From: Longimicrobiales bacterium
GTDB taxonomy: Bacteria; Gemmatimonadota; Gemmatimonadetes; Longimicrobiales; Gaopeijiaceae
NCBI GenBank assembly: GCA_965198065.1
Contig: CBDAON010000004.1
Coordinates: 1,056,001-1,120,000, forward strand
Direction: 5' to 3'
DNA: 64,000 bases
The stretch's first letter is position 1, and every line of letters begins with the position of its first letter. The position numbers were made by a program, and so were the translations under genes. This document shows, in pieces, positions 40,076 through 51,168 of this stretch. The notes beneath the pieces were generated by a model that worked only from the letters and a program-made list of their open reading frames with translations, was not told the DNA's origin and did no database searches.

Positions 40076-42352
40076 TCAGCGAAGCGCCTGGAAGAGGCTT
40101 GAGTACGCGTCTGTCCAGCTCCGACCCCCGGAGGGGGCGAGGGCCTGCCATCGGGGGTCATCCAGCAGGCGGCCCACCCCTACCCCGCCCGGCACCGCCT
40201 CCGCCAGGACCACCCAGCGGGACGGGTAGCGTCCGGCCGGCTCATCCACCACGGAGTCGGTCGCCTCGTATGCGAGCACGCCGGCCTCGGCCGCGATATT
40301 GGCGAGCACGGGTGAAAAGTCGATGAAACGATTCGAGGTGTGGAACGCGATCCACCCGCCCGGGCGGAGGCGGCTCCGGTACAGAGCGACGGCCTCCGCA
40401 GTGAGGAGGTGCACGGGGATCGCGTCGGACGAAAAAGCATCGACGATGATCAGGTCGTACTCCTCCTCGATCTCCTCGAGGGAGAGGCGCGCGTCGCCGA
40501 GCACGATCCGGTAGGGCGCGAACGCGTCGGAAAGGAACCTGAAGTAGGTGGGATTCTCCGCAAGGCGCACGACCGTGGGATCGAGCTCGTAGAAGGTCCA
40601 GCGCTGGCCGGGGCGCGAGTAGGCGATGAGGGAACCCGTCCCGAGGCCGACCACGGCGACCCGAGCATCGCCCGGATCCCCGCGATCATAGAGGGCGCCA
40701 AACAGCGTCCCGGCTGGTCCGTCGGGGTGGTAGTACGTGAGTGGGACCCCGGGCTCCAGCGCGTTCTGCCCCCCGTGGATCGTGGTCCCGTGGCTGAGCC
40801 AGACGTTCTCCTCGTCCCAGTACACGCGGTGGATCCCGTAGAACGTCCGCTCTCTGAAGACGATGTCACCGCTCTCACGCGGCAGCGCGAATCCGACAAA
40901 GACGAGCCCGGCCACGCCCAGGCCGAAGGGAACCGGTCTCCCGGCGACCGCGAGGCAGGCGATGCCCGCGAGCGGCAGCAGAAGGCCCGGCTCGAGCCCC
41001 CAACGAGGAGCGGCCCAGACGATCGCCAGGGCGATTGCACCGGGTATGGCACCGAGAAGCAGATCGCTCGGGCGGACCCGCGTGCCCACGCCCTTCGCCC
41101 CCCATCTGGCCACGAAGGCGAAGAGCGCGAGGGCGAGGGGATACTCAAGGGGATCCTCGAACAGTACCGGCGCCAGGAGAGTGTTGAAGACCCCACCGAG
41201 CGCCCCCCCGAGGGCCAGCCAGAAGTAGAACTCGGCTAGCCGGTCCGGCCCGGGTCGGTCTCTCGCGAGCCTCCCGTGGCAGAGGAGGCCCGCCGCCGTG
41301 AGGATCGCGAGATCTCCGGCAATCAGGAGCCAGCCCGTCTCGCGGATGACCCCTCTGAATATTTCGGGCAGAAACGGGAGGAGGAGGAGGAGGAGAGCAC
41401 CACCCAGCAACCAAAGCCAGCGGCTCCCGAGCACTCCTCGGAGCGCGGCCGAGCGGCGACTCGGCTTGCCGCCGCTCGCCCTAACGACCCTGTGCCTCCC
41501 CGGACCAAACGCCACGACGAAGGTGAGAAGGTAGAGGGCCAAAGGGACCACCCACAGAAGCGGAACCGGGGCGATCTCGCTCGTGATATGCGTCGTCACC
41601 CCCAGGAGGAGGCTCGACGGGAGGAACGCGAAGACGATCCACATGATCCGTCGCTCGGCCGTGACCGGCGCCGTCGGGATCGGCTCGGCGGCCGGTGGTA
41701 CCGGGGTGGGCTCGACGGCCGGTGTCGGCTCGACGGGGCCCGGCGTCGCGCCCGCCGGCGCGCCGCGCGCCCCCCTGAGCATCATGCCCCCCGAAACCAA
41801 AACGAGGAGCCCCACGGTCGCGAACGAGCCCTTCCAGAGCACCTCCTGCTGATCCAGCGTGAGGAGCGGCTCCAACACGAGAGGGTAGGCCGCGAGGGCG
41901 AGAAAGCTTCCCAGGTTGCTCGCCGCGTAGAGGAAGTAGGGGTCTCCCCCCTCCTCGTGCCCCGAGTGGGAGAACCACCGCTGGAGGAGCGGGGCGCCCG
42001 CGGCGAGGACGAAGAACGGGAACCCCAGGCTCAGGGTCAGGAGCCCCGCCAGCCAGAGGACGGGCGCCGTGCCGGTGGGACCGGTCCAGAGGAAGAGGCT
42101 CCAGGGAATCCAAGCGACCGCGAGCGCGACGAGTCCCGCGTGCACCGCGTACTGGCGCGGGGGCCGGAGGCGGTCGAGCAGCAGCACGTAGCCGTACCCA
42201 GCGAGGAGCACGACCTGGTAGAACATGAGGCACGTGTTCCACACGGCTGGTGAGCCGCCCAGCGCCGGAAGGATCCGCTTCCCGTAGAGGAGCTCGACCC
42301 AGAAGATGAGGCCGGCGTTGAGGAGAACAGCGACCGTGAAGAGCGCCTTCAC
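40076..42352 (-). CDS. Polytopic membrane protein fused to a spermidine-synthase-like SAM-binding domain
   Basis: LPALGGSPAVWNTC, DPYFLYAASNLGS, more than 10 TM segments, HGTTIHGGQ, VVGLGTGSL, YELDP, IIVDAFSSDAIPVHLLT. Confidence 0.88.
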   Translation of the reverse strand: MKALFTVAVLLNAGLIFWVELLYGKRILPALGGSPAVWNTCLMFYQVVLLAGYGYVLLLDRLRPPRQYAVHAGLVALAVAWIPWSLFLWTGPTGTAPVLWLAGLLTLSLGFPFFVLAAGAPLLQRWFSHSGHEEGGDPYFLYAASNLGSFLALAAYPLVLEPLLTLDQQEVLWKGSFATVGLLVLVSGGMMLRGARGAPAGATPGPVEPTPAVEPTPVPPAAEPIPTAPVTAERRIMWIVFAFLPSSLLLGVTTHITSEIAPVPLLWVVPLALYLLTFVVAFGPGRHRVVRASGGKPSRRSAALRGVLGSRWLWLLGGALLLLLLPFLPEIFRGVIRETGWLLIAGDLAILTAAGLLCHGRLARDRPGPDRLAEFYFWLALGGALGGVFNTLLAPVLFEDPLEYPLALALFAFVARWGAKGVGTRVRPSDLLLGAIPGAIALAIVWAAPRWGLEPGLLLPLAGIACLAVAGRPVPFGLGVAGLVFVGFALPRESGDIVFRERTFYGIHRVYWDEENVWLSHGTTIHGGQNALEPGVPLTYYHPDGPAGTLFGALYDRGDPGDARVAVVGLGTGSLIAYSRPGQRWTFYELDPTVVRLAENPTYFRFLSDAFAPYRIVLGDARLSLEEIEEEYDLIIVDAFSSDAIPVHLLTAEAVALYRSRLRPGGWIAFHTSNRFIDFSPVLANIAAEAGVLAYEATDSVVDEPAGRYPSRWVVLAEAVPGGVGVGRLLDDPRWQALAPSGGRSWTDAYSSLFQALR

Positions 42353-43227
42353 TCCGGCGCTCCAAGCGACCGCCGGGCAGCCGCCCCCTCGACGGACCCG
42401 GGCGGGCGCGGCTCACCGGCCGAGTGCACCTCCCCGGTCGGCTCCCACGGGGCTCGCTCGGGACGCTCCCAGCGTCGGGCCCGCGGGAGGAGGAGGTTCG
42501 AGCGGAGGATGTGCCAGAACGCCGCGATCCCGTCGGTCCACCGGATCTTCTTCCCCTCGGCGTAGGACCGTCCCCGGTACGAGATCGGCAGCTCGTAGAT
42601 CCGGGCACCGGCCTGCGCCAGCCGGGCGGTGATCTCCGGTTCGATCCCGAAGCGATCCTGGACTAGGGGAAGGGTCTGGAGGAGGTCCCCCCGGATCACC
42701 TTGTAGCACGTCTCCATGTCGCTCACGTTCAGGTCCGTCAGAACGTTCGACAGGAGAGTGAGAGTCTGGTTCCCGACGAAGTGCCAGAAGAGATGCACCC
42801 GGTGGGGACCGCCTAGGAACCGGGACCCGTAGACGGCGTCGGCCCATCCCTGGAGGATGGGCTCGAGCATCTCGGGCAGGTGCGCGGGATCGTACTCGAG
42901 GTCGGCATCCTGCACGGCGACGACGTGCCCGGTCGCGATCTGGAACCCCGAGCGGAGCGCCGCTCCCTTTCCACGGTTCCGAACGTGGAGGACGAGCCGG
43001 TCGATCACGCCCCCCTTCTCCAGCTCCGTGAGGAGCTCGTCGCTCCCGTCCGTAGAGCCGTCGTCCACGACGATCAGCTCGACCTTCAAGGGTAGGGATC
43101 GGACCCGCCGGAGCACCCTCTCGATCGTGGCCCCTTCGTTGAACGCGGGCACGACGACGGAGAGCTCGACCCGGTCCCAGGGTAGCTCTGGATTCAGCTC
43201 CGGCACACGCGTCCCGAGGCCCGGCAC
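42349..43227 (-). CDS. Glycosyltransferase family 2 (polyprenol-phosphate glycosyltransferase-like)
   Basis: VVVPAFNE, VDDGSTDG, NRGKGAA, QDADLEYDP, VYGSRF, DMETCYK, FGIEPEIT. Confidence 0.92.
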   Translation of the reverse strand: MPGLGTRVPELNPELPWDRVELSVVVPAFNEGATIERVLRRVRSLPLKVELIVVDDGSTDGSDELLTELEKGGVIDRLVLHVRNRGKGAALRSGFQIATGHVVAVQDADLEYDPAHLPEMLEPILQGWADAVYGSRFLGGPHRVHLFWHFVGNQTLTLLSNVLTDLNVSDMETCYKVIRGDLLQTLPLVQDRFGIEPEITARLAQAGARIYELPISYRGRSYAEGKKIRWTDGIAAFWHILRSNLLLPRARRWERPERAPWEPTGEVHSAGEPRPPGSVEGAAARRSLGAPE

Positions 43228-43228
43228 G

Positions 43229-44611
43229 CTACTCGCCCAGCCCGTAGCGGCTGATCTTCCTGTAGAGGGTCGAGGGATCGATCCCCAGCACCTCGGCCGC
43301 TCGGGTCTTGTTGCCCTCCTCGGCCTGGAGAACCCACTGGATGTAGGCTCTCTCGATCACCTCGAGCGTGGGGTTCGCCGGCGCGCCGTCGTTCATGAGG
43401 GTGGGAGCCGGAGGCTCGACCACCTGTTGGGGAAGCGAAGACGCCCCGATCACCGTCCCGGCCGTGAGCACGGCGGCACGCTCGAGGGCGTTCTCCAGCT
43501 CCCGGACATTCCCCGGCCATTCGTAACGCAGGAGCGCCTCCTCGGCCTCCTCGGAGAGCTCCGGGGGCTCGCCCCCTTCCTTCTCGAGCCTGTGAAGGAA
43601 GTGCTGGGCGAGGAGCGGGATGTCCTCCTTCCTTTCCCTCAATGGCGGGAGCGCCATAGCGATCACGTTCAGCCGATAGTAGAGATCGCTCCGGAACTCT
43701 CCTCTCTTGATCAGCTCCTCCAGGTTGCGGTTCGTCGCCGCGATGATCCGGACGTCCACCGGAACCGCCTTCGTTGCGCCTACCGGGATGACCTCCCGCT
43801 CCTGGACGGCCCGGAGCAGCTTCACCTGGGTCTGGGGAACCGTCTCTGCGATCTCGTCAAGGACGAACGTGCCGCCTTCCGCCGCGACGAGGAGCCCGGC
43901 TTTGTCCTTCACGGCCCCGGTGAACGACCCCTTCACGTGACCGAAGAGCTCGCTCTCGAGGAGGCTCTCCGGGAGCGCGCCGCAGTTGATCGAGAAGAAG
44001 GGTCTCTCTCTGCGATCGGAGCACGCGTGGATGAAGCGCGCGACCACCTCTTTCCCGGTACCGCTCTCCCCCGTGATGAGGACCGTCGAGTCGGTCGGCC
44101 CGACCGTCTCGGCGAGATCCAGAATCTTGACGAAGCTCGGGCTCCTTCCCACGGGGCGCCCTCCCCGCTCCCCCTCCCTTCTCCGGATCTCCTGTCGGAG
44201 CGCCCGGTTCTCCACCCTGAGCGCGCGGGCCTCCCCGGCATGCTTACAGATCGCGAGGAGCTCCTCGTTCGCGAACGGCTTCTGGAGATAGTGGAAGGCG
44301 CCCTCGTTCACGGCCCGGACGGCCGATTGGAGCGACGCCTGCGCGGTCATGAGCACCACGGCCATCTCGGGGTCCACCTCGCGGGCACGGGCCAGGATGT
44401 CCAGCCCGGTGGCTCCCGGCATCCGGATGTCCGACACCACCAGATCCGGCTGCTCGCGCTCGACGGCGTCCAGGCCCTCCCGCCCTCCGAGCGCGGTCAC
44501 GACTTCGTAGCCCTCCCCCCGGAAGAGGATCCCGAGAGACTCGAGGATCCCGGCCTCGTCATCCACGACAAGCACCTTGACCCTGCGCTCATCCATGGAT
44601 GCACCGCTCAT
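43229..44611 (-). CDS. pilR: Sigma-54-dependent response regulator, PilR-like
   Basis: Receiver VVDDE/VSDIRMP/KP, GESGTGKE, GSFTGA, WPGNVREL, Fis HTH; paired with a PilS-like kinase near pilins. Confidence 0.85.
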   Translation of the reverse strand: MSGASMDERRVKVLVVDDEAGILESLGILFRGEGYEVVTALGGREGLDAVEREQPDLVVSDIRMPGATGLDILARAREVDPEMAVVLMTAQASLQSAVRAVNEGAFHYLQKPFANEELLAICKHAGEARALRVENRALRQEIRRREGERGGRPVGRSPSFVKILDLAETVGPTDSTVLITGESGTGKEVVARFIHACSDRRERPFFSINCGALPESLLESELFGHVKGSFTGAVKDKAGLLVAAEGGTFVLDEIAETVPQTQVKLLRAVQEREVIPVGATKAVPVDVRIIAATNRNLEELIKRGEFRSDLYYRLNVIAMALPPLRERKEDIPLLAQHFLHRLEKEGGEPPELSEEAEEALLRYEWPGNVRELENALERAAVLTAGTVIGASSLPQQVVEPPAPTLMNDGAPANPTLEVIERAYIQWVLQAEEGNKTRAAEVLGIDPSTLYRKISRYGLGE

Positions 44612-46335
44612 TCGGAATGGCCCCCCGGAACCCCGGCCAACGTCTCCGCGCCAGGAAGATAGATGTTGAACTCCGCGCCTCCCCCGTTCGAGCGCTCCAC
44701 CAGAACGACCCCCCGATGGGCCTCCACCGCCCGGTAGACGACCGAGAGCCCGAGACCCGTCCCCCCCTCACGCGTCGTGAAGAAGGGATCGAATATACGA
44801 CCCACCTCGTTATCGGGAACGCCCGGACCGGAGTCTTGGACACGCACTCTCACGGGTCGGGCCACGTCGATCTCCGGCAGCGCCCGACCCGCGCTCACGT
44901 CCTCCACGTCCAGGTGGACGACGCCCCCGACGGGGGAGAACTGCACGGCGTTCAAGATCAGGTTGAAGACGGCGCGGTGGAGCAGGTCAGCGTCTCCCGG
45001 TACGCGCACCTCGCCCGAGCCCGACTCGAACGCGATGCGCACGTTCCTGGCCGTCGTCTCGGGATGCCGGCTCACGACCGCCGCGCACTCGCGGACCAGC
45101 TCGGACAGATCCAGCTCCGCCACCCGGCCGATCCGCATCCGTGAGGAGTTGATGAAATCGGACAGGAGCCGGCTCAGCCGGTCGGATTCCCGGACCACCA
45201 TGCGGGTCAGCGTCTCCCGATCCGGACCCTCGAGCCCCGGGCGCGCGAACTGCTCGACCGCGCTACGGATCGAGGTGAGCGGGTTCTTGATCTCATGCGC
45301 CATGGCGGCGGAGAGCTCCGCGACGGCCTCGAGGCGCTCCGCCCGCCGGTTCAGGAGCTCGAGGCGCTCGAGGTCCGTGATGTCCTGGAAGATGGCCGTC
45401 ACGGTCCGGGGCGTCCCAGGCTCCTCGCGGAGCGTGGTGCTCACGCCGAGTGTGATGCGCTCCTGCCCCCGGATCGCCGAGGCCTTGTGCCGGAAGAGGG
45501 TGACCCCAGCGTCGAGCGAGCGCCTGAGATGTGCCACGAGCTCGGGCGCAGCGTTCTCGATCGCCCCCAGGACCGGCGCGCCTCTCCACCGCCTGGCATC
45601 CATGCCGAGCAGCTGCTCGGCCGCGGGGTTCATGTAGAGGAGGCGCCCTTCCTCGTCCACGGTCACGACTCCGGTGCTGATCGTGGCCAGGATGTCACCG
45701 GTGTCTATCCGGAGTCGCCGGAGCTCGGACTGCACGGCTCCGAGCGCGATCCCCGCGCGACGAAGCCGGTCCCCCAGGATCCCCGTCGCCAGCGCAACGA
45801 GGGCGAAGAGCCCGACCTGGAGGAACATCGGTGGGTTGAAGTTCTCCGAGTGACCCCAGACGAGGTCGGCGAAGTAGAGGATCGCCGCGAGCGCACCGAG
45901 AAGCACTCCACCGGGAAGCGGGAGGAGGAGGGCTCCCTCGCTGATGACCAGGATGTAGATCCAGGCCAGGTTCGATTCGCCTCCCCCCGTGATGTGCACG
46001 ATCCCCGTCACGAGAAGGACGTCGAAGATCACCTGCCCGTAGAGGAAGTTCTCACCCGAGTCGCGCTTGAGGACGTGCGTGTACCAGAAGCCTCCGGCTG
46101 TCACCAGGAGTCCGAGGAGGAACATGCTGGTCGCCATGAACGTCTGTAACGGCGGCACCTCGGTCCACACCACGAGCGCCGCGACCAGCACCCCCGAGAT
46201 CAGCGCGAGCCGTCCGAGGTAGAGCCAACGGAGAACGTCCGCGCGCGCGAACGCAGCCCCTCCTTCACGCCCCTCCAGGAACAGGCGCGCACGCGCCCAG
46301 AACGGTCCGGTGCTGCGGGCGCCCGCGTCGGTCAT
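44608..46335 (-). CDS. pilS: PilS-like sensor histidine kinase (about 6 TM, PAS, HisKA, HATPase)
   Basis: WLYLGRL, TGIVHITGGGES, MAHEIKNPL, NLILNA, DSGPG, FDPFFTT, GTGLGL; ATG 46335 overlaps the upstream stop. Confidence 0.85.
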   Translation of the reverse strand: MTDAGARSTGPFWARARLFLEGREGGAAFARADVLRWLYLGRLALISGVLVAALVVWTEVPPLQTFMATSMFLLGLLVTAGGFWYTHVLKRDSGENFLYGQVIFDVLLVTGIVHITGGGESNLAWIYILVISEGALLLPLPGGVLLGALAAILYFADLVWGHSENFNPPMFLQVGLFALVALATGILGDRLRRAGIALGAVQSELRRLRIDTGDILATISTGVVTVDEEGRLLYMNPAAEQLLGMDARRWRGAPVLGAIENAAPELVAHLRRSLDAGVTLFRHKASAIRGQERITLGVSTTLREEPGTPRTVTAIFQDITDLERLELLNRRAERLEAVAELSAAMAHEIKNPLTSIRSAVEQFARPGLEGPDRETLTRMVVRESDRLSRLLSDFINSSRMRIGRVAELDLSELVRECAAVVSRHPETTARNVRIAFESGSGEVRVPGDADLLHRAVFNLILNAVQFSPVGGVVHLDVEDVSAGRALPEIDVARPVRVRVQDSGPGVPDNEVGRIFDPFFTTREGGTGLGLSVVYRAVEAHRGVVLVERSNGGGAEFNIYLPGAETLAGVPGGHSE

Positions 46336-46911
46336 GGCGAGGGCGGGCGGTGCTCTGGAAGCTCGGCCACCAGGTCGCGGATCCGCCTCAGCTGGTCCTC
46401 GATGAGTCGGATCGCGGACCCGACCTCCGAGTCGGGTTCCAGGTCCATGAGAAGAAGCTGCACCTCGGCCATCGCGGCGGTCAGCGGATTGTTGATGTCG
46501 TGTCGCACGCGCGATGCCTCTTCCAACGCCAGCCGGAAGGAGAGGCGGGCGGGCCCCTCCTTCCCCCTTCGCTCGAGCCGCCCGGACACCTGCTCGGAAG
46601 AGTAGGGAAAGCCGGGCGAGAGCGGAACGAGATCCAGTCCCGCCTCCCGCTCCAACACGAGGAGGGGCGACCACGGTCCAGGCCGCTCGGCCAGCCACGT
46701 GAGGAGATCCAGCACCGCACCCGGATCGCACCAAGCGGGAATGAAGATCCACCCCGGCGCGGCCGGTCCGGTGCCGGAGCGATCCCGGACCAGCTCCGAC
46801 GGGGAACCCCACGTCCTCGAACGGGCCCAGGTCAGCCAGGCGCTCCCGGAGCGCCGCTCCACCGGCCCCCGGGGGGAGGAAGAAGTAGCGGGGGAGGGTC
46901 GACGACGACAC
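46332..46911 (-). pseudogene. HisKA-only (phosphoacceptor, no ATPase domain) protein with a +1 indel near 46805
   Basis: GGAGG RBS and GTG 46911 give MSSSTLPRYFFLPP...FEDV. Removing one base in GGGGTTCCCC joins this to SPSELVR...RVRHDINNPLTAAMAEVQLL...QLRRIRDLVAEL. Confidence 0.65.
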
Positions 46912-46939
46912 CGTGCCTCCCAGTCTTTGGCCGGGCGCA

Positions 46940-48226
46940 CTATCGGGAGAGGGGGACGTCCAGAACCTGGCCGGCGTAGATTCGCGTGGTGTCCATCCGG
47001 TTCTCCTCCCGGATCCGGTCCACGGTCGTGCCGAGCCGGTTCGCGATCACCCACAGGGAATCGCCGCTCCGGACCGTGTAACGGAGCATCCCGCTTCCGA
47101 GCGCGGACAGGGGAACGAGGAGCGTTTGGCCCGCGAGGATCCGGCTCCCGCGGATCCCGTTCGCGGCCCGCAGCAGGTCCTCCGCCACACCGTAGAGCCG
47201 GGCGATCGTCCAGAGCGACTCGCCCGACCGGACACGGTGGGTCGCGGGTCCGTCGAGGGGTGGCGGTGTGGAAGCCGACGGCGTTGGGCGGGAATCCGCT
47301 ACCGGCGAGGAGGGCGCAGGAGCCACCGAGGCGAGGGCCATCGTCCGGGCCGGCGGATTCGCCCCTCCGCTCCCGGCCATTCGAGCCGCGGGGGGCGCCA
47401 CGTTCGCAGCCGGGATCTCGAGCTCCCGCCCGGCTCGGAGAAAGTCACTCGACATGTCGTTGGCCACCCGAAGTCGAGCCACGGACGTCCCGTAATGCAA
47501 CGCGATCTCCGACAGCGTTTCCCCCCAGGAAACAACGTGCGTGAAGATCCCCACCTCCGGGAGAGAGGTCGCCGGGCCACGGGCGGCCAGCACCCCCACC
47601 TGCTCGGCACCGACTCGCGCCGCCACGTAACGGGCGTACGGTTGCGGATAGACCGCTACGTGGTAGTGGGGTGGGCTCCGCTCGTGCGTCGCCTCGAGCA
47701 CGCCCTGGGCCTCGAGCTGGAGGAGGACCCTCTCGATCCAGGAGCGGCACCGCGGGATCGTGCTCCTCCTGAGGTCCACGGCCATGCCGGTTGGATGCAC
47801 GGATCGGTCCGAGGCGTTTCGCGGCTGAGCCGAGAGCGGGCGCGTGAGGCTCGTCACGACCATCCTTTTGCCACAGGCGGCTCGGTACTGAGACGAGAGC
47901 CGCTCCACGAAGAGCCTCACCTCGGTGCGCGCATACGGAAACGACACCTGGACGAGCTCGAAGTCCGAGCTGGGCACGACCGGAACGATGTACCCCTGCT
48001 CGACGAAGGTTCGGGCGTGGGACGGAGTTCGGAGGAACGTGTAGTCGTGCGCCCGGGCCTGGGCGTTCTGACGATCGAGCGACGCCTGGGAGCCCCCGAG
48101 AGACTGGGCGTGGAGAGCGCCGGCCGAGCCCGGCGGCGTCCAGAGCGAGACAACGACGGCGCCCGCTACGGCAGCGGAAGAAGCACCTCCAAGAAAGCGG
48201 AACCGGTTCTCGCGGGTGCGGATCAT
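46940..48226 (-). CDS. Secreted Zn DD-peptidase-like (DUF5715-like) protein with three LysM domains
   Basis: Signal peptide, TSLTR, SVHPTGMAVDL, PPHYHVAV; LysM repeats HVVSWGETLSEIA, HRVRSGESLWTIA, YTVRSGDSLWVIA. Confidence 0.85.
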   Translation of the reverse strand: MIRTRENRFRFLGGASSAAVAGAVVVSLWTPPGSAGALHAQSLGGSQASLDRQNAQARAHDYTFLRTPSHARTFVEQGYIVPVVPSSDFELVQVSFPYARTEVRLFVERLSSQYRAACGKRMVVTSLTRPLSAQPRNASDRSVHPTGMAVDLRRSTIPRCRSWIERVLLQLEAQGVLEATHERSPPHYHVAVYPQPYARYVAARVGAEQVGVLAARGPATSLPEVGIFTHVVSWGETLSEIALHYGTSVARLRVANDMSSDFLRAGRELEIPAANVAPPAARMAGSGGANPPARTMALASVAPAPSSPVADSRPTPSASTPPPLDGPATHRVRSGESLWTIARLYGVAEDLLRAANGIRGSRILAGQTLLVPLSALGSGMLRYTVRSGDSLWVIANRLGTTVDRIREENRMDTTRIYAGQVLDVPLSR

Positions 48227-48336
48227 GGCCGTCCGTGGAGGCGGGGGGCGTGGCCGCGAGTGAAATCGCTTCAACGAATAAACAAATGATTTCGACCACG
48301 CAAGCACGGGGCCCCGAGGCTACTCCCTCCCCGGAA

Positions 48337-48960
48337 TCAACCTCCCTTGGCCGCAGCGTAATTCCCGGCCACTGCGTCCCAGTTCACGACGTTCCAGAAC
48401 GCCGCGAGGTAGTCCGGCCGGCGATTCTGGTACTTGAGGTAGTAGGCGTGCTCCCACACGTCCACACCCAGGATGGGCGTCGCCCCCTGGCTCAGTGGGG
48501 AATCCTGGTTCGGGGTGGCGCTCACCTGGAGCTGGCCCGAGGCGTCCACCGAAAGCCATCCCCAGCCCGACCCGAACTGGCCCGCCGCCGCGGCCGTTAT
48601 CTTCTCCTTCATCCCATCGACGGACCCGAACGCAGCCTGGATCGCGGCCGCGAGCTCGCCCGCCGGCTCCGAGCTCCCGCCCGGGGCCAGGATCTTCCAG
48701 AAGAGGGCGTGGTTCACGTACCCACCCCCATTGTTCCGCACGGCGGTCCGGATCGCGTCGGGGACGGACGAGAGGTTACGGATCAGCTCCTCGGCCGTTC
48801 GGGGGTGGAGGGCGCCGTGGTCCTTTAGCGCATTGTTCACCTTCGTCGTGTATGCGTTATGGTGCTTGGAGTGGTGGATCTCCATCGTACGCGCGTCGAT
48901 GTGGGGCTCGAGGGCGCCGTACGCGTATCCCAGCTCGGGGAGGGAGTGCGGATAGGGCAT
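48337..48960 (-). CDS. sodA: Superoxide dismutase, probably Mn-type
   Basis: HHSKHH, NNGGG-x2-[21 protein letters not shown]. Confidence 0.93.
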   Translation of the reverse strand: MPYPHSLPELGYAYGALEPHIDARTMEIHHSKHHNAYTTKVNNALKDHGALHPRTAEELIRNLSSVPDAIRTAVRNNGGGYVNHALFWKILAPGGSSEPAGELAAAIQAAFGSVDGMKEKITAAAAGQFGSGWGWLSVDASGQLQVSATPNQDSPLSQGATPILGVDVWEHAYYLKYQNRRPDYLAAFWNVVNWDAVAGNYAAAKGG

Positions 48961-49069
48961 CGGGTCGGCTCTCATCGGAAGGGTCGGAGTGGGCGAGGCA
49001 GCGTCCAGACAACCCCTCACGGGGCCCACCGTTCCGCCGACGACTACCCTCCGGGAACGGGCCCTGTCG

Positions 49070-50305
<1,236 letters not shown>

Positions 50306-50429
50306 GACTTGACCTCCTCGGAAGCAGGGCTCGATCTTGCGGGATCCGTGACCGACCCGTAGCCGGCTCGGTGGGACGATCGGGTGGTCGCTCAGCCGAG
50401 TCGCCCGACGCTACTCGTACCGCCGGCCG

Positions 50430-50645
50430 TTACTTGTACCGATAGGTGACCCGGCCCCGGCTGAGGTCGTAGGGCGACATCTCGACCTTCACCCGATCGC
50501 CCTCGAGCACCCGGATGTAAAACTTCCTCATCTTCCCCGAAAGGTATGCTAGGATCTTGTGGCCGTTCTCCAGCTCGACCCGGAAGTTCGCGTTGGGAAG
50601 AACCTCCGTCACCGTACCTTCCACCTCGATCGCATCGTTCGACAC
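50430..50645 (-). CDS. infA: Translation initiation factor IF-1
   Basis: [24 protein letters not shown]...SGKMR...GDRV...YDLSRGRV. Confidence 0.98.
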   Translation of the reverse strand: MSNDAIEVEGTVTEVLPNANFRVELENGHKILAYLSGKMRKFYIRVLEGDRVKVEMSPYDLSRGRVTYRYK

Positions 50646-50788
50646 ACACGACTCCGGTTCGTCTAGGTCGGCCGGACGTGCCGTCAGCCGGCCCCGATCC
50701 GCGATGGCTCGACTAAGCTAATCGGAGGCGGGCCTTTCTGAAACGTGGAAGCCTCTCCGACACACCCACATGAGCCCGGAGCCCCGAG

Positions 50789-51061
50789 ATGAAACCGCTC
50801 ACCATCGCCCTCATCATGCTCGGTCTGGTCGCCTTCGTAGCGGGCGTCGTGTGGATGACCGTCCGGTCGGCGGAAGTGGAGTGCGAGGTCTGCCTCGTCT
50901 TCGACGGAGCCGAGGTCTGCCGAATGGGACGGGGCCCCTCGGAGGCGGAGGCGACGGCCGCCGCGCAGCAGAGCACGTGCGGGGGGAACACTTCCGGGAT
51001 GGCCGAGGCCCTCGCCTGCCTGAGCCGCGCGCCGAGCCGCGCCACCTGCTCGGCCCCCTAG
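50789..51061 (+). CDS. Small membrane-anchored Cys-rich hypothetical protein (90 aa, 6 Cys)
   Basis: MK plus a TM helix, then CEVC...C...C...C...C; codon usage typical of the window. Confidence 0.7.
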   Translation: MKPLTIALIMLGLVAFVAGVVWMTVRSAEVECEVCLVFDGAEVCRMGRGPSEAEATAAAQQSTCGGNTSGMAEALACLSRAPSRATCSAP

Positions 51062-51168
51062 GGAGCTGCATCGAGAAGGGTTCGGACAGCGCGAGTCCGG
51101 ATACGTCTGACTAGCCGAGCGCGAAACTCTCGGTGCGGTCGCCCCTCGCCGTGGCGAAAGCGACCCCC

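Noticed and set aside
41703..41738. 18-bp imperfect tandem repeat (PVEPTP/AVEPTP)
   Set aside because: In-frame, two copies, in a Pro-rich linker; an ordinary low-complexity loop.
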